Notes: generated from the sequence alone by a model not told the origin. A stretch of 64,000 nt of DNA from Candidatus Melainabacteria bacterium 17Bon1m (GCA_032128875.1 JAVLKG010000003.1:984974-1048973); one strand, 5' to 3'. Shown: positions 36,819 to 47,398, numbered from the stretch's first letter. Numbers and translations are program-made.

Positions 36819-38820
36819 GAAACTTCGATTTATCCAATCCAACATTCCCCCGGTAACCTCCGATTACTGGAAGGAACCGGCACAACAGCTATACAACCAA
36901 TATAAGTACTTCGAAGAAGCCAGCCTAGATCTAAGAACAAATATTTGGCCCGCTTGCGCGCGAGCTTATTTCTGTCGCCGGCAATTGCCAGACAATGAAG
37001 GTATGGATTGGGCAAACGGATCCGATCTGGGTGAAACGGATATTTGGGATTCCGTTAACTATGCGGGCGACGCGCTATCCTTGGCGCTCTTCCCTCGCGA
37101 CCAATCTTATCTAGAACTGCTCAGCCAATACGAAGAAGATCAAGGCCTGTTGAATGACATCAGAGATCTTCTGATGATGTATCACCGGCAAGCTGACACC
37201 CGCGGTCAGTATGCGCGGCACATCAAACAGATGCTTATCTATGGAACGTCGGCTATCCGCTGGACGTGGCGCACGATTGAAGATCACAAGCAATTCCCGC
37301 CAACTGAAACTTTGCGCCGACTGTTGGAAGAAGGTGTTGAATTAGATCCGCTCGAAGACATCACCAAAACATATAAGAAGTATAAATTCCCGGTTAAGAC
37401 CTTCAACGGTCCTGTTATCCAGCCGGTCGATATGTACGACTTGTTTTTGGATCCTGCCGCTGATCTTTCCAATGAACACAAAACGGCAATCATTCAGCGT
37501 CTCTATTTGACGCCAGAAGAAATCGAACACGCCGAAGACGAGAACGGCGAGAAACGTTATTCGAATACAGACGGCATTGAACCAATGTCGCTTGAACAAA
37601 TCTATGGACAAGAATCAGAACGCCTTGAACTGGTAACTGAACTTGGATTGAATCCGATTGCCGCTGGCAATAGTTCAAAGAAGCTTGTTCCTGTTTACGT
37701 TTTTCACCAACCAGTGAGGAAATTTGACGGTGACAGCCATAAGTATGTCGACACCTATTTTTACCTGGCACTCAGCAACAGCCAAGAGCAATTCAAACTC
37801 ATTCGAGTCGAAGACAACCCCAACAGTCAGCTTGGCGGCCAGCGTACTGGAAGTAGGGGATTATATATTGACTCTTACGTGGATTGGCTTTCTGGTGCTT
37901 ATGGAATTGGCGCAGTTGAGAAATCCCTTTCCGCGTATGAACAGAAAAACGTAGTCGCGGCGCTCGGTCTGAACGCTCAATTGGCTTCCGTTTTCCCGGC
38001 ATACACCGTCATTGGTGGCGTGCTGCAGGACGATGCAAAGCTAAAAATGGCGCCCGGATCAATCAATGTGATCAACTATAAGCCGGCTATTGGAACTAAT
38101 TTCATTGCCCCTGTGCCAGCTCCAATCGGAACGGTTCAGTTAGGTATGCAGGCTGAACAATGGTATGGTCAAAAGATCGTTGGTCAATTCCAAGCCTACG
38201 GCGCTGCCGCTCAAGATCCAACCAAGTCGATCAAGACTGCAAAAACCGCAACTGAAATCAACACGCAGTCAACGACCGGATCTGTGATGAGAGATAACCT
38301 CTTGGAAAAAATCACGACCAGATCAGTTGAGCCGCTATTTCAAGACATCTATGAAGCTGCCCGCCTGTGGGTTGATGATATCAACACGTTTGAGAAATCA
38401 GCCGATGGCGATGGACGATTGGGTTCAGTTCAAAAGATGGATCTGGATCGCGACCGCCGCGTTATTTGTACCGGATTCCATGGACAAATGAATAAAGCCA
38501 AGGAAATTGAAGAACTGCAGAACGCTCTGCAAATCATCACGACCGGCAACGCGCTTGAACAGCTTCCGACCTTGCGCCCTGTCCTTCAGGATCTTGTATT
38601 CAAATTGCTGGGCCGCTTGGGCGTCAAGAATTTGGAGCAATACAAAGCTGATCCAATGCAGCTAATCATGAACGATCCAAATGTTCAGATGATGATCGAG
38701 CAAGAAATTCAGAAACGAATTGCCCAGTTGACAGGTCAGCCCGCGGTACCATCACCACAAGAAGGACCGCCACCAGGGGCGGTACCACCTGAAATGATGG
38801 GAGCCCAACAGGCAGCATGA
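36811..38820 (+). CDS. Portal protein
   Basis: 669 aa after terL; MLIYGT, DLFLDP, YGIG, KTATEI; Q/P-rich tail. Confidence 0.85.
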   Translation: MFEKLRFIQSNIPPVTSDYWKEPAQQLYNQYKYFEEASLDLRTNIWPACARAYFCRRQLPDNEGMDWANGSDLGETDIWDSVNYAGDALSLALFPRDQSYLELLSQYEEDQGLLNDIRDLLMMYHRQADTRGQYARHIKQMLIYGTSAIRWTWRTIEDHKQFPPTETLRRLLEEGVELDPLEDITKTYKKYKFPVKTFNGPVIQPVDMYDLFLDPAADLSNEHKTAIIQRLYLTPEEIEHAEDENGEKRYSNTDGIEPMSLEQIYGQESERLELVTELGLNPIAAGNSSKKLVPVYVFHQPVRKFDGDSHKYVDTYFYLALSNSQEQFKLIRVEDNPNSQLGGQRTGSRGLYIDSYVDWLSGAYGIGAVEKSLSAYEQKNVVAALGLNAQLASVFPAYTVIGGVLQDDAKLKMAPGSINVINYKPAIGTNFIAPVPAPIGTVQLGMQAEQWYGQKIVGQFQAYGAAAQDPTKSIKTAKTATEINTQSTTGSVMRDNLLEKITTRSVEPLFQDIYEAARLWVDDINTFEKSADGDGRLGSVQKMDLDRDRRVICTGFHGQMNKAKEIEELQNALQIITTGNALEQLPTLRPVLQDLVFKLLGRLGVKNLEQYKADPMQLIMNDPNVQMMIEQEIQKRIAQLTGQPAVPSPQEGPPPGAVPPEMMGAQQAA

Positions 38821-39113
38821 AAAATCTAAATATGTTCAAGCGCTATACACCGACTAGCGCTAAACGAATGATGACTTCGGAGCAGAAGGAACAAGTTCTT
38901 TTGGCTCGATTGGTTAACTCGCCCGAATGGGCGGCAGTGAAGCGAGCGACCGGCTTTTGCTTGAGTCGTTATGCTGCAGCGCCACCACTGAAACTCAATT
39001 TATTGATTGGCTATTTAACTTTCTCAATACTTAGGGATGGATTCAATCAGCTAATCGATCACATCGAATCTGAGGCAATGAAGGCTCCGAATCCGCATGA
39101 CTTTGACGAATAA
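38817..39113 (+). CDS. Small post-portal protein
   Basis: LVNSPEWAAVK; typical position between portal and scaffold. Confidence 0.6.
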   Translation: MKNLNMFKRYTPTSAKRMMTSEQKEQVLLARLVNSPEWAAVKRATGFCLSRYAAAPPLKLNLLIGYLTFSILRDGFNQLIDHIESEAMKAPNPHDFDE

Positions 39114-39162
39114 CGGCGACTAGGGGAAAGAGTCGTTCTCTAAGCGAATAGGTAGGGAACGA

Positions 39163-39912
39163 ATGCCAGTAGAACTAATTGAACCGATGGAAGACGACAT
39201 TGAAGAAGTCGTTGACCAGGAACCGGAAAAAGAAGAAAAACAAGTTGAGCAACCTAAAGACACGCTGGCTATGGCGCGTCAAATCGGTGCAGAAATTTAC
39301 GGACAGATCAAAGCTGAATCTAACGCCCAAGGCGTGCAACAGCCTAGCAAAGTTCAGATCGCTATTAAGGAAATGCTGGATGAAGGCGTTCCTCCGCTTG
39401 CGATCAAACGAATCTTGAAATTGAGAGAAGCCGAACGCGCTGACGAGCAGGAGATTATGAATGCTCACCAGCAAAAGGCTGCTATGGATCGATTCAACGA
39501 TGAATGCTGGCAAATCGGCGCGATGGAACTTGAGAAATATTCAGCGAATATTCCAGTCCTCGCAAATGCTGGCCAGGGACTGAGATCAGATCTCTTGGCT
39601 CAGTTGAATGAAGTGATCAGCACTGATCCTGAATTCGCATCAGTCAGACATCAAATCCGATCGGGAAGACATCCGGACGCCAGGAAAGTCGCTCAGGGAG
39701 CCGCGAAAGTGGTTGACGCCTGGTTGGCTGGTAACGGCTTGTCTAAACCAAAACCGTCATTGAATCTGCAAAGCAGCAAGGTTCAGCCGGCGGAAGCAAA
39801 AGCAAATTTTGATGATTTCAGTAAGGGACAGAAGCAACTCTATCACACCGTACTGAAACACACGGGGGACGAGAAGAAGGCAATGAAGCGAGCTCTAGAG
39901 CTGGCAAGTTAA
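39163..39912 (+). CDS. Capsid scaffolding protein
   Basis: Acidic N-terminus, helical, upstream of capsid genes. Confidence 0.6.
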   Translation: MPVELIEPMEDDIEEVVDQEPEKEEKQVEQPKDTLAMARQIGAEIYGQIKAESNAQGVQQPSKVQIAIKEMLDEGVPPLAIKRILKLREAERADEQEIMNAHQQKAAMDRFNDECWQIGAMELEKYSANIPVLANAGQGLRSDLLAQLNEVISTDPEFASVRHQIRSGRHPDARKVAQGAAKVVDAWLAGNGLSKPKPSLNLQSSKVQPAEAKANFDDFSKGQKQLYHTVLKHTGDEKKAMKRALELAS

Positions 39913-39924
39913 TAGGAGAAGATA

Positions 39925-40557
39925 ATGCCTGGTTTTGAATATGCCAAAGGATTGTCTGGAATCTCTGATCCCCTCAGAGACATGCAGATGCAAAACGGAG
40001 TCACGATCACTCGTGGCGATGCTCTGGAGTATGTCAACGGAAAAGTAGTTGGTGTTAACGCTAAAACCGATAAAGCCCGCTATGTAGCCGAAGAAACTTA
40101 TACTTGCGGCGCGACCGAAATCAAGAAAATCAAAGTAAAAAGTACCGCTAAAGGTCTGGCCGTTTTCAAAGTCGGCTTGACTCCCACCTTGAACGGTGTT
40201 GCTTGCCAATCAAACGCAAGTACCACCACTGTCAAAGCAGCCCTGACCGGAACTGATTCCGACATGGTTGGCGGTGTTGTATATATTCCGGAACTCAACC
40301 AACAAAGATTCATTACTGCAAACACCTATTCAGGCGGTGTAGTTACGATCACTGTTGCTGAGCCGTTCACCACTGCGCCTACTGTCGGTCATACCGTCAG
40401 AGCAACTGCTTTTGGTCCTGGTCATGAAGCTGTCCAATTCTCAGGAACTGGATCAGCCAATTTGAGCAACGTCCAAGGCGAAGCGGTATCAGGAAACATC
40501 AGCATCTTTGATGTGGATCTTTCCAAGAAAACAGCTTACGTCAGTTTTAACCCGTAG
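39925..40557 (+). CDS. Auxiliary capsid/cement protein
   Basis: Beta-rich T/V/G protein immediately before the major capsid gene; strong AGGAG RBS. Confidence 0.5.
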   Translation: MPGFEYAKGLSGISDPLRDMQMQNGVTITRGDALEYVNGKVVGVNAKTDKARYVAEETYTCGATEIKKIKVKSTAKGLAVFKVGLTPTLNGVACQSNASTTTVKAALTGTDSDMVGGVVYIPELNQQRFITANTYSGGVVTITVAEPFTTAPTVGHTVRATAFGPGHEAVQFSGTGSANLSNVQGEAVSGNISIFDVDLSKKTAYVSFNP

Positions 40558-40615
40558 GGTACTGATGACGAACTAGGGGGAGTCGTTTCCAAGATCACTT
40601 AAGGAGTGAGAGGAA

Positions 40616-41539
40616 ATGACCGTAAAAACTACAGATTTTCCGCCAGCTTTGAAGTCCACTCTTCATGACGTCTTCGAAGCAAGTTGGAAGAAAAGACAAG
40701 ATCAGTATTCACGGGTATTCGATGTTGAAACCAGCTTCGACGCCTATGAAGACGAGCTTCAGATCCAGGGTCCGGACGAAATTCCGGTAGCCACTGAAGG
40801 CAGCGTTTTTGAACGCGTTGAAATCGAGAATGTCCGCTCTAAGAGATACACCCACGCCATTTATAAGGGCGAGGTCAAGATCACTAGAGAGGCACTCGAT
40901 GATATCAAATACGGCAAGATCACTGACGCAGTTGCAAAATTGGCTATTGCTGGTTTTAGAACTGTTGAAAGAATTGGCGCCGCGTTCTTCTATAACGGCT
41001 TGATCGGATCGGAATTGTCGCCTGATGGCGCTGCCGTATTCGGTACGCACAACCTGTCTAACCCGCTGCCCGGTCGCCCGACGACTGACAGCAACGCAGG
41101 AACCGGAAGACTTGGTTCTACCAATATCCGCGCTGCCCGCGCTGACGGTCGCAAGACCCTTGACGAACATGGTTCTTTGGCTCCGTACTACCTGACTCAA
41201 TTGTTAGTTGGTCCGGATCTCGAAGATGAAGCCTATGTTCAAAAAGGCAGCGATCAAAAGCCTGGAACGACTAACAACGATGACAACTATACCGGTCGTC
41301 AGATCAAGGACATTGTTGTTCTCGACTTCTTGGCTGAAGCGCCGAACTACTCCGATTCCATGTGGTTCCTTCGTGATCCTGACATGGCAAGGAATAAATT
41401 CTTCTGGCGCGTCAAACCAGAACGCAAGCTGATCCAAGAGGAAGCTTCTGGAGACTGGCTCTATCGCCTGTACTTCCGCTGCTCCGCTGGATGCTCGGAC
41501 TGGCGCGGTTTGTGGGCTTCTACTGGTACCACTGCTTAA
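40616..41539 (+). CDS. Major capsid protein (Mu gpT-like)
   Basis: FDVETS..YE, EG, ITREALDD, DG..VFGTH, LLVGPDL, MWFL, SDWRGLWASTG. Confidence 0.85.
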   Translation: MTVKTTDFPPALKSTLHDVFEASWKKRQDQYSRVFDVETSFDAYEDELQIQGPDEIPVATEGSVFERVEIENVRSKRYTHAIYKGEVKITREALDDIKYGKITDAVAKLAIAGFRTVERIGAAFFYNGLIGSELSPDGAAVFGTHNLSNPLPGRPTTDSNAGTGRLGSTNIRAARADGRKTLDEHGSLAPYYLTQLLVGPDLEDEAYVQKGSDQKPGTTNNDDNYTGRQIKDIVVLDFLAEAPNYSDSMWFLRDPDMARNKFFWRVKPERKLIQEEASGDWLYRLYFRCSAGCSDWRGLWASTGTTA

Positions 41540-41557
41540 TCATAGGAGTGAGTAACA

Positions 41558-42055
41558 ATGCCTGCTGAACAATCAAATATGGACAACCTGTCACTGTCAG
41601 GAACTCTGGCAGTGGCGGGTGTCGCCACCTTCTCCACCCCGCTTGCTAAATCGAATATCAACGCTTCAGTAAGACGGCAGAGAATGACAATTCCGCTGGC
41701 TCCGATCACCGGTGCCGCCGCGGATAGTACCAACTATTCAGGCTGGTTTTTCCCTGGTGTTGCTTGTACCGTAACCGGTATTTCGCTCATCACTGACACG
41801 CCGCCTACTGTTGGAACGGACGTATTCACAGCCAAGAAGGCTAGCGCCGCTGGTAATACCATGCTTAGCGCTGCCTCTTATAACTGCAACTCTCTTGTGG
41901 CAAACACCGGAACGCCAATGGCTTTAACCACCACGGCTTCCGATCTTCAATTGACCGCTACACAAGGCGCGCACTTGAGATATGCCGCGGGTGTTCAAAC
42001 TGTTGATTTGATCAACTTGTTTGCAACTGTTGAATACGAAGTAACTGATTCGTAA
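41558..42055 (+). CDS. Virion structural protein
   Basis: T/A/S-rich beta protein after capsid. Confidence 0.55.
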   Translation: MPAEQSNMDNLSLSGTLAVAGVATFSTPLAKSNINASVRRQRMTIPLAPITGAAADSTNYSGWFFPGVACTVTGISLITDTPPTVGTDVFTAKKASAAGNTMLSAASYNCNSLVANTGTPMALTTTASDLQLTATQGAHLRYAAGVQTVDLINLFATVEYEVTDS

Positions 42056-42065
42056 GGATTAGTCT

Positions 42066-42809
42066 GTGGCAAACTCCACATACATGGATACTGTGAATAG
42101 GATCTTGAACCAAGCCGGTCAGGATCCTATTCCTGATTCTTCAACTTTCACAAATGGTCCTCTAACTAAGGTTCAGCTTCAGACAAAATTGTTTGTCGAT
42201 AAAGCAAATCGCGGCTTAGTGCGATCGATCCGCGGCCGCTTTATGAAGCGGAAATATACATTCAATACAAGCGCTGCATCGAATTCCTATAGCGTCGACA
42301 CAACGACCAGCTTGGAAAATATGGTTGAGGATTCGATGTTTAGGACATCCGCCGGCAAGGGCGGAAGAATTGAATATATCCCTTATGACACTTGGATCAC
42401 CTGGTTCCCCGAAGGTGAATCAGTCAAAGGGATTCCAAATTTCTGGTTTGATTATCCTCCTGATGGAAGTGGCGTCGACAAGATTGGATTCAGCCCGCCG
42501 CCTAATGCGACGATTGCGATCCAGTATGAAGGCTATTTAGATCCGGTCGTTCTGTCTGCATACAACGACGTTATTCAGTGGCCGCAAAAATTTGAAGACT
42601 TGCTTTGGGACTACGCTCAACTTTGGGTCGAGATGGTTCTTTCTGAAGGAAAGATGGAGCAGATCGCCGTCTTCCTCGAGCCGCTTTTTACTCAAGTTCG
42701 ACAACTAACACTTGGACCCGTCGATAAGCCGCCTTCGGTGGATCTCGGAATGAGATTAGGCGGGGTTCGCAAAGGGGGTTCTAGAAGTGCTTACAGCCCG
42801 ACTCTCTAA
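42066..42809 (+). CDS. Head-tail adaptor (tail tubular A-like)
   Basis: YMDTVNRIL ... GIPNFW ... FSPPPN ... WPQKFEDLL. Confidence 0.7.
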   Translation: MANSTYMDTVNRILNQAGQDPIPDSSTFTNGPLTKVQLQTKLFVDKANRGLVRSIRGRFMKRKYTFNTSAASNSYSVDTTTSLENMVEDSMFRTSAGKGGRIEYIPYDTWITWFPEGESVKGIPNFWFDYPPDGSGVDKIGFSPPPNATIAIQYEGYLDPVVLSAYNDVIQWPQKFEDLLWDYAQLWVEMVLSEGKMEQIAVFLEPLFTQVRQLTLGPVDKPPSVDLGMRLGGVRKGGSRSAYSPTL

Positions 42810-44505
42810 GGGTCTTGTTGCTTTAGTTCAAACTTGCCTGTTGGCGATCATGCCAATGGCTGCCGACGCACAAACAGCGCCGCAACAGGCGCCGCCGCCC
42901 GCATCAATGACAGAACTGTCACAGCAAGGGCGAAGCTTGAAGCCTGATGTAATGGCGCCGGATAAAGGTCTGCTTACCAATTCAGCCGATATTCTCAGGG
43001 AAGCTAGTTCAGCCAGAGTACTTCACAATCTGCAGATGCTAAAGCGCGGCATTTGGTCTTCTCGCGGAACTGGGTTCACCAAAGAACGCGCAATTCCTTT
43101 CAATATGGGCACTTCCTTTATTGAAATCGGCAATCACGGCGGAACAATCCCCGTTTTTCAAGTCGGCACAAGTCTATTTACCTACGATTTAACAACTCAT
43201 GCAGAGACACTGCTTGGAACCGTAGGCAATACCAACGTCGCTTGTATGCGATCGTTCGGTCCTCAACTATTTATTGTTGCGCAAGATTCCGGCAAGCCTC
43301 AGAAGTGGGATGGCATTGTTGGGCGCGCCCTATCAAATTTAGGCGGCTGGAACCCGTCAATTGGTGGCGTCACATATATCAATCCGCCATTTGTCGAAGT
43401 CTTCAACAACAGAGCGGTTTTTGCTGGAATGCCAACAAATCCGCAAGTTCTAGTTTTGTCCGATTATGGCGCGCCCGGTAGCTACACGACGTCAGTCCCG
43501 GCAGTTGCCACTGACGCCGGCGCTATTGTCATTCCCACATCACTGGGATTGATCACAGGACTGCGCACGGTCCGATTAAGCAATGAAGCCAATTCAATGG
43601 CGCTGATCATTGGCTGTACCAACGGCATGGCAATGTTGACCGGATCTAGCCCTGATGACTTCACGCTTCGCGAATTAACCAGATCGTTCGGAGTAGTGAA
43701 CAACAGGACATGGATTCAATTAGGTAATGATATTTACTTTCTAGCGACTGATGGAATCCGGAAGTTCTCCAACGTTTATTTCTCGTCTTCAATGACGAGC
43801 GTTCCTGAAAGTTACTCGATTCAGGATGTTTTCAACAGAAGGAATAAGGCGGCAGCGGCCGCGCCTTTTGCTGTCCACCATCCGGATACACAGGAAGTTC
43901 ATTGGTTCTTTCCTCGAGATAATTCAACAACAAATAATTCTTGCGTGATTCTGAATTACAGCACGCGGAATCCAAGCAATCCCAATGAATCATCTCCTGA
44001 CGTTGTTTTCAGCACGAAGGACACGACAGCGACATGCGGCTTTGAACTCAATGGGACCATGTACCACGGGAATTCATCCGGCTATCTATTCGTTGACTAT
44101 TCGGGCGATACATATGATGGGACTGTAATAACGTGGGAATATCTCAGCCCCTTCATACCAAGCAACAGCCCAGCACAAAGCGCTTCAGCTAGACGATTCA
44201 TCATCCTGACAGAAGGCGGAGATCAAAAGTTCACTTGTAGCGCTTACGTTGTCGAAACATTGAGCAATGGTCAATCTCGATTCAAACTCATGTCGACTAT
44301 GCCGATCAATCAGGTTGCTGAATCAATCACAAAACTTGGTACATGGCCGTCTGGCTCAACCACGACATATCCAAAACTTATCAATTTCGAATCAAAAGGA
44401 TCGGGAAGATTCTGGGCCCTGCGCATGACTGGTACCGGCAGTGGTGAACATATTGATTTGGTCGGAATCCAGTCAATACTCGTAGTAGGGGGATGGAGGC
44501 AGTAA
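42787..44505 (+). CDS. Tail nozzle / tubular B-like beta-propeller protein
   Basis: FNNRAVFAG, ITGL, FGVVN, IYFLATDGIR; follows adaptor. Confidence 0.72.
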   Translation: MLTARLSKGLVALVQTCLLAIMPMAADAQTAPQQAPPPASMTELSQQGRSLKPDVMAPDKGLLTNSADILREASSARVLHNLQMLKRGIWSSRGTGFTKERAIPFNMGTSFIEIGNHGGTIPVFQVGTSLFTYDLTTHAETLLGTVGNTNVACMRSFGPQLFIVAQDSGKPQKWDGIVGRALSNLGGWNPSIGGVTYINPPFVEVFNNRAVFAGMPTNPQVLVLSDYGAPGSYTTSVPAVATDAGAIVIPTSLGLITGLRTVRLSNEANSMALIIGCTNGMAMLTGSSPDDFTLRELTRSFGVVNNRTWIQLGNDIYFLATDGIRKFSNVYFSSSMTSVPESYSIQDVFNRRNKAAAAAPFAVHHPDTQEVHWFFPRDNSTTNNSCVILNYSTRNPSNPNESSPDVVFSTKDTTATCGFELNGTMYHGNSSGYLFVDYSGDTYDGTVITWEYLSPFIPSNSPAQSASARRFIILTEGGDQKFTCSAYVVETLSNGQSRFKLMSTMPINQVAESITKLGTWPSGSTTTYPKLINFESKGSGRFWALRMTGTGSGEHIDLVGIQSILVVGGWRQ

Positions 44506-44885
44506 TGGCACAACAACCACAACCAGTATATACAGCCGCGCCAACGCCGACCAGGCAGATTGGAACCGGCGCATTGCCAACGGCAGCGCCAACCAACGGC
44601 AGTATCAATCAAGCTCTTCTGACAGCTCATGGCAAAGTCGGGGAATCAAGCTTGGTCACTGTCGAAGTTTCGGCGGCGGCCACAATTACATTCTGGGTCT
44701 ATTCGCCTGCCAGCCAACGTTGGATCAATCCGGGCTACACAGGAACAAAATACACGCTTGTTTTTGCTGCCGGCGATCTAAGTGATTTCTTCCAGGCAGA
44801 ACCAGGAACGCTCTTCTATCTGCAGTCTTCGGCTGGTTCAGTCAACGCTTACACCAACGCACCAAAAGCCAAACCGGATCCATAA
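44493..44885 (+). CDS. Tail-associated protein
   Basis: Beta-rich 130 aa between nozzle and fibre. Confidence 0.5.
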   Translation: MEAVMAQQPQPVYTAAPTPTRQIGTGALPTAAPTNGSINQALLTAHGKVGESSLVTVEVSAAATITFWVYSPASQRWINPGYTGTKYTLVFAAGDLSDFFQAEPGTLFYLQSSAGSVNAYTNAPKAKPDP

Positions 44886-47146
44886 TGAATAGAAATTTCA
44901 AGGCGCTATTTCTCGCTTTAGCGGTTGGTCTGTTCTGTCAAACGGCAAAAGCAGATCAGCCGGTTTATGGCGTCAATGGCGGTAGCACCGGCGTTCCCTC
45001 AAACGCTCCATTCCTATTAACCACTTCCAGCGCGGCGCTTAGCGACGAGCGGGTTCTAAGATCTCAATTCGGAAACATCACCTTAACTGATGGCGGCCCA
45101 AATGGATTTTTCGATATTGGCTGGACCGGGCAATTAGGTCTAACCAATGGTGGTACCGGCGGTAATGGCGCGCAGGCTGGAACCAATAGTTTGCTAGATG
45201 GAATCGCAGGAGCGGCGGCAGCCAATGGCGATACGCTTGCCCGCGTCTCTGGTAACTGGACGAGAATCGCCAAAGGAACAGACGGTTTTGTCTGGACGAT
45301 GGTTTCTGGCAGCCCTGGCTGGGCAGCTTCGGCAAGCGGAGCGCCGGCGGGGTCTTCTTACGTCACGATTTCCCTTGACGGTTCTTTGACGTCAGAACGT
45401 GTTTTAACCGGCACATCAAACCGAGTGACCATCACGGACGGCGGAGCCGGCGGAAACGTCACCTTAGATGTTGGATCAGATGTCGTTCTTCTGACTGCAA
45501 GTCAAACCCTGACCAATAAGACCTTAACCAGTCCTTCAATTGGGACTAGCTTGATCTTTGAATTAGGCGCGAACGATACAACGATCCAAGCAACGGCGCC
45601 GGCAGCGGCAAGACTCTACACAATCCCTGATGCTGGTGGCGCGGCTTCCTTTGTCATGACCGAAGGCGCTCAAACTATCAATGGCGTAAAAACCATGGGT
45701 AGTGCGACTCGATTCAATGCCAATATTCAAAATAGTTCAGGCAACACAATCACCCTGCCTTCATCGGCGGCAACACTTGCAACGCTTGCGCTGTCGGAAT
45801 CACTGACCAACAAGACATTGCCTAGTGCGATTCTTCAGACTCAATTAACGCTTGATCAAACGACTGGCGATTACACAATCACATGGTCAAACCCTGGCGC
45901 GACTCGCGCTTATAACGTTTATGACGCTGGCGGATCTGCTGATTTCGCGATGAAATCCGGAACGCCAACCAACCAGGCGATTGCTTATGGCGATGGAAAC
46001 AAGATCGTATTTTTAGCACCTGGATCGAATGGTCAAGTCGTCAAAATGAGCGGATCGACGCTCTCTTGGGGATCTGACAATTCAAGCGGATTTGGCGGAA
46101 GCGGTTCGGGCGGAGCGACGACCAAAGGCGCCGTTACCGAAACAACCCCGGTATCTCTTGAATGCACAACATTTACGCAAACGGTTTCAACCACCTGGGC
46201 GCCTCTTAGCGGGACTGTTGTTAATTGCACATCAACAGCTGATTTCAACGGAACCACCAATATTAGCGGACAAGGCTACTATGGCGGAGCCGCAACAACA
46301 AATGGCAGAAACGGCAGCGGTCCATGTGGTGGATATCGCGGCGCCGGCAATGGTGGTGGCGGTGGTGGCGGTAACGCTGGAACCGGCGGAGACGGTGGCG
46401 CAGTAGCCGACAGCGGCGGCAACAACAAACCCTTCACGCTAGAGCCTGGAAGCGGTGGCGGCGGCGGTAACGCAACAGCCGGCGGCAATGGTGGCGGACT
46501 TCTGAAAGTCTGCGCGATCGGAGCAATTACGATCGGAGCCAGCGGAACTATTGATGCATCCGGGCAAGCGGGAACGGCCAACACAGGAGCAGGCGGTAAA
46601 GCTGGCGGCGGTGGCGCGGGCGGTACTGTTCTTTTGGCTAGTCAAACTTCCATCACGCAAACAGGAACCGCTTCAGTAGCCGGCGGAAACGGCGGAAACG
46701 GCGGAGCCTCAAGCGCTGGGCAAGGTGGCGGTGGCGGCGGCGGTGGCTATTATGTCCGAATCTCTCCCTCCAATACTGGCGCGGGAAGTATCACGACAAC
46801 TGCAGGAACCGGAGGGACCGGCAACAACGCGGCTGGAACTGCTGGAACCAGTGGAACGGCAATGGCGATTACAGGAACCCCAAATCATCCATTGATCGGA
46901 AGCTTGGAAAAACATCTTCCTATCCTGGCCGCTTTTGCTCGAATTCATGCTCCAAATCCGCATGATTTGAAATTGTCAGAGAAACAGACGATTGGAACGC
47001 TGGCAGCGCTGGACGCCAAATCAACTCAAGAATATGAAAATCTCTGCCATCTCTATCAATTTGGTGAAGATTTCAGCGGCAATAAAGTCGTGAAGCTTGA
47101 TCAGAAACAATCTGAAAAATTAGAGGCTCTGAGAAATGCCAGCTAA
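44885..47146 (+). CDS. Glycine-rich tail fibre
   Basis: NGGTG, QTLTNKTLT repeats, long poly-Gly (GGGGGG) region. Confidence 0.75.
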   Translation: MNRNFKALFLALAVGLFCQTAKADQPVYGVNGGSTGVPSNAPFLLTTSSAALSDERVLRSQFGNITLTDGGPNGFFDIGWTGQLGLTNGGTGGNGAQAGTNSLLDGIAGAAAANGDTLARVSGNWTRIAKGTDGFVWTMVSGSPGWAASASGAPAGSSYVTISLDGSLTSERVLTGTSNRVTITDGGAGGNVTLDVGSDVVLLTASQTLTNKTLTSPSIGTSLIFELGANDTTIQATAPAAARLYTIPDAGGAASFVMTEGAQTINGVKTMGSATRFNANIQNSSGNTITLPSSAATLATLALSESLTNKTLPSAILQTQLTLDQTTGDYTITWSNPGATRAYNVYDAGGSADFAMKSGTPTNQAIAYGDGNKIVFLAPGSNGQVVKMSGSTLSWGSDNSSGFGGSGSGGATTKGAVTETTPVSLECTTFTQTVSTTWAPLSGTVVNCTSTADFNGTTNISGQGYYGGAATTNGRNGSGPCGGYRGAGNGGGGGGGNAGTGGDGGAVADSGGNNKPFTLEPGSGGGGGNATAGGNGGGLLKVCAIGAITIGASGTIDASGQAGTANTGAGGKAGGGGAGGTVLLASQTSITQTGTASVAGGNGGNGGASSAGQGGGGGGGGYYVRISPSNTGAGSITTTAGTGGTGNNAAGTAGTSGTAMAITGTPNHPLIGSLEKHLPILAAFARIHAPNPHDLKLSEKQTIGTLAALDAKSTQEYENLCHLYQFGEDFSGNKVVKLDQKQSEKLEALRNAS

Positions 47147-47360
47147 TACATTCCTGATCTTTGAAAAGGATGAATCAGGTCATTATCCAAATCGTTCATC
47201 AAATATCTGGCAAGGACCAACGCCAATCGCTGGGCAAGACATGCCCGCCGAAGCGATCGCTGTGGTCTGGCTTGTAATTGAAGGCGATGTTAATCCGCTC
47301 AATTATTACCGGAACAATCAAAACAGCTTATTGCACCTTCCGGAAGCTCCACCTAATTGA
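47136..47360 (+). CDS. Small protein after tail fibre (chaperone candidate)
   Basis: 74 aa, overlapping the fibre stop. Confidence 0.45.
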   Translation: MPANTFLIFEKDESGHYPNRSSNIWQGPTPIAGQDMPAEAIAVVWLVIEGDVNPLNYYRNNQNSLLHLPEAPPN

Positions 47361-47378
47361 TTGGCTCACCCCTTGAGA

Positions 47379-47398
47379 TGACACTAAATGTAGTGGCA
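47379..47398. promoter_or_regulatory. Operator-like palindrome before lysis genes
   Basis: TGACACT-AAATGT-AGTGGCA. Confidence 0.6.

Noticed and set aside
46320-46860. GGC/GGT-rich stretch as a DNA repeat element
   Set aside because: Explained by poly-glycine coding in the tail fibre.
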